Source: Mobula birostris
Taxonomy: Eukaryota
Assembly (NCBI RefSeq): GCF_030028105.1
Contig: NW_027277693.1
Location: 186,001 to 250,000, forward strand
Length of the DNA stretch: 64,000 nucleotides
Reading direction: 5' to 3'
In this document: positions 61,847 to 64,000 of the stretch, in pieces
How positions within the stretch are numbered: position 1 is the first letter of the stretch
Layout: every line of letters starts with the position of its first letter
The notes under the pieces: generated by a model
Database searches by the model: none
Seen by the model: the letters and a program-made list of their open reading frames with translations, nothing else
What the model was told of the DNA's origin: nothing
Position numbers and translations under genes: made by a program

Positions 61847-63764
61847 TCCTCAAACTGTGACCCTCATTCTGGACTTCCCCAACATCGGGAACAATCTTCC
61901 TGCATCTAGCCTGTCCAATCCCTTTAGGATTTTATACGTTTCAATCAGATCCCCCCTCAATCTTCTAAATTCCAATGAGTACAAGCCCAGTTCATCCAGT
62001 CTTTCTTCATATGAAAGTCCTGCCATCCCAGGAATCAATCTGGTGAACCTTCTTTGTACTCCCTCTATGGCAAGGATGTCTTTCCTCAGATTAGGGGACC
62101 AAAACTGCACACAATACTCCAGGTGTGGTCTCATCAAGGCCTTGTACAACTGCAGTAGTACCTCCCTGCTCCTGTACTCAAATCCTCTTACTATAAATGC
62201 CAGCATACCATTCGCCTTTTTCACCGCCTGCTGTACCTGCATGCCCATTTTCAATGACTGGTGTATAATGACACCCAGGTCTCGTTGCACCTCCCTTTTT
62301 CCTAATCAGCCACCATTCAGATAGTAATCTGGTTTCCTATTTTTGCCACCAAAGTGGATAACTTCACATTTATCCACATTAAATTGCATCTGCCACGAAT
62401 TTGCCCACTCACCTAACCTATCCAAGTCACCCTGCATCCTCTTAGCATTCTCCTCACAGCTAACACTGCCGCCCAGCTTTGTGTCATCCGCAAACTTGGA
62501 GATGCTGCATTTAATTCCCTCATCCAAGTCATTAATATATATTGTAAACAACTGGGGTCCCAGCACTGAGCCTTGCGGTACCCCATTAGTCACTGCCTGC
62601 CATTCTGAAAAGGTCCCGTTTATTCCCACTCTTTGCTTCCTGTCTGCTAACCAATTCTCTATCCACATCAATACCTTACCCCCAATACCATGTACTTTAA
62701 GTTTGCACACTAATCTCCTGTGTGGGACCTTGTCAAAAGCCTTTTGAAAATCCAAATATACCACATCCACTGGTTCTCCCCTATCCACTCTACTAGTTAC
62801 ATCCTCAAAAAATTCTATGAGATTCGTCAGACATGATTTTCCTTTCACAAATCCATGCTGACTTTGTCCGATCATTTCACCGCTTTTCAAATGTGCTGTT
62901 ATCACATCTTTGATAACTGACTCCAGCAGTTTCCCCACCACCGACGTTAGGCTAACCGGTCTATAATCCCCCGGTTTCTCTCTCCCTCCTTTTTTAAAAA
63001 GTAGAGTTACATTAGCCACCCTCCAATCCTCAGGAACTAGTCCAGAATCTAATGAGTTTTGAAAAATTATCACTAATGCATCCACTATTTCTTGGGCTAC
63101 TTCCTTAAGCACTCTGGGATACAGACCATCTGGCCCTAGGGATTTATCTGCCTTTAATCCCTTCAATTTACCCAACACCACTTTCCTACTAACATGTATT
63201 TCGCTCAGTTCCTCCATCTCACTGGACCCTCTGTCCCCTACTATTTCTGGAAGATTATTTATGTCCTCCTTAGTGAAGACAGAACCAAAGTAATTATTCA
63301 ATTGGTCTGCCATGTCCTTGCTCCCCATAATCAATTCACCTGTTTCTGTCTGTAGGGGACCTACATTTGTCTTTACCAGTCTTTTCCTTTTTACATATCT
63401 ATAAAAGCTTTTACAGTCAGTTTTTATGTTCCCTGCCAGTTTTCTCACATAATCTTTTTTCCCCTTCCTAATTAAGCCCTTTGCCCTCCTCTGCTGAACT
63501 CTGAATTTCTCCCAGTCCTCAGGTGAGCCACTTTTTCTGGCTAATTTGTATGCTCCTTCTTTGGAATTGATAATATCCCTACTTTCTCTTGTCAGCCACG
63601 GGTGCACTACCTTCCTTGATTTATTCTTTTGCCAAACTGGGATGAACAATTGTTGTAGTTCATCCATGGAATCCTTAAATGCTTGCCATTGCATATCCAC
63701 CGTCAATCCTTTAAGTGTCATTTGCCAGTCTATCTTAGCTAATTCACGTCTCATACCTTCAAAG
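61844..63764 (-). mobile_element. Second near-identical CR1 ORF2 segment, truncated at both ends, one nonsense (CGA>TGA at 62306)
   Basis: Duplicates ~58677-60598; fused to ORF1 of the first copy at a ctat microhomology. Confidence 0.9.
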
Positions 63765-64000
63765 GACGTGAGGAGACTCAGCACAATGTCCACAGACTCA
63801 CAGGGAAGGTGAAGGAAAGGGAATTGAATGGAGGTCAATAACATGCCCTGGTGGAACAATGCGACCGAATTTCCCCGGTGGAAAGTACCAACATGTTTCC
63901 TGTTCGTGGGTGATTGTACTGTAAACAGGAAGGGCTCTTTTTGTGAGTTAATGTGTACGCCCTGGGTGGAGTCGCTGAATCCGGACGACAGCAAAGGTGG

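Noticed and set aside
63765-63994. Novel N-terminal extension of the 562-aa RT ORF
   Set aside because: Fortuitous open frame in flanking repeat sequence upstream of a 5'-truncated CR1 that also has a stop at 62306.

Overview
Vertebrate genomic DNA, very probably from a cartilaginous fish (ray/shark-type CR1, LINE-1 and SINE content; this is inference). It is repeat-rich and has one assembly gap (18248-18392). Reading splice sites by hand on the minus strand reconstructs one large multi-exon gene from a putative start exon (45987-45969) to the window edge. It ends in an IFI44/IFI44L-type P-loop domain exon (INILLVGLVGAGKSSTINTF). The canonical TLDc N-terminus was not found in this window. Instead the gene has three copies of a two-exon, ~135-aa alpha/beta domain with a TIR/flavodoxin-like pattern, separated by symmetric phase-1 linker exons. 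One 126-nt linker exon is amplified 12 times in a ~1375-bp tandem array (23.6-39 kb). Two of those copies carry an in-frame TAG; two other copies outside the array are damaged, one by a donor mutation and one by a LINE-1 insertion plus deletion. Introns and the upstream region hold a full-length decayed LINE-1, Nimb/I-clade pieces, a Harbinger composite, Gypsy and Rex/L2 relics, a CR1 with intact ORF2, and Penelope-derived elements with minimal hammerhead ribozyme motifs.
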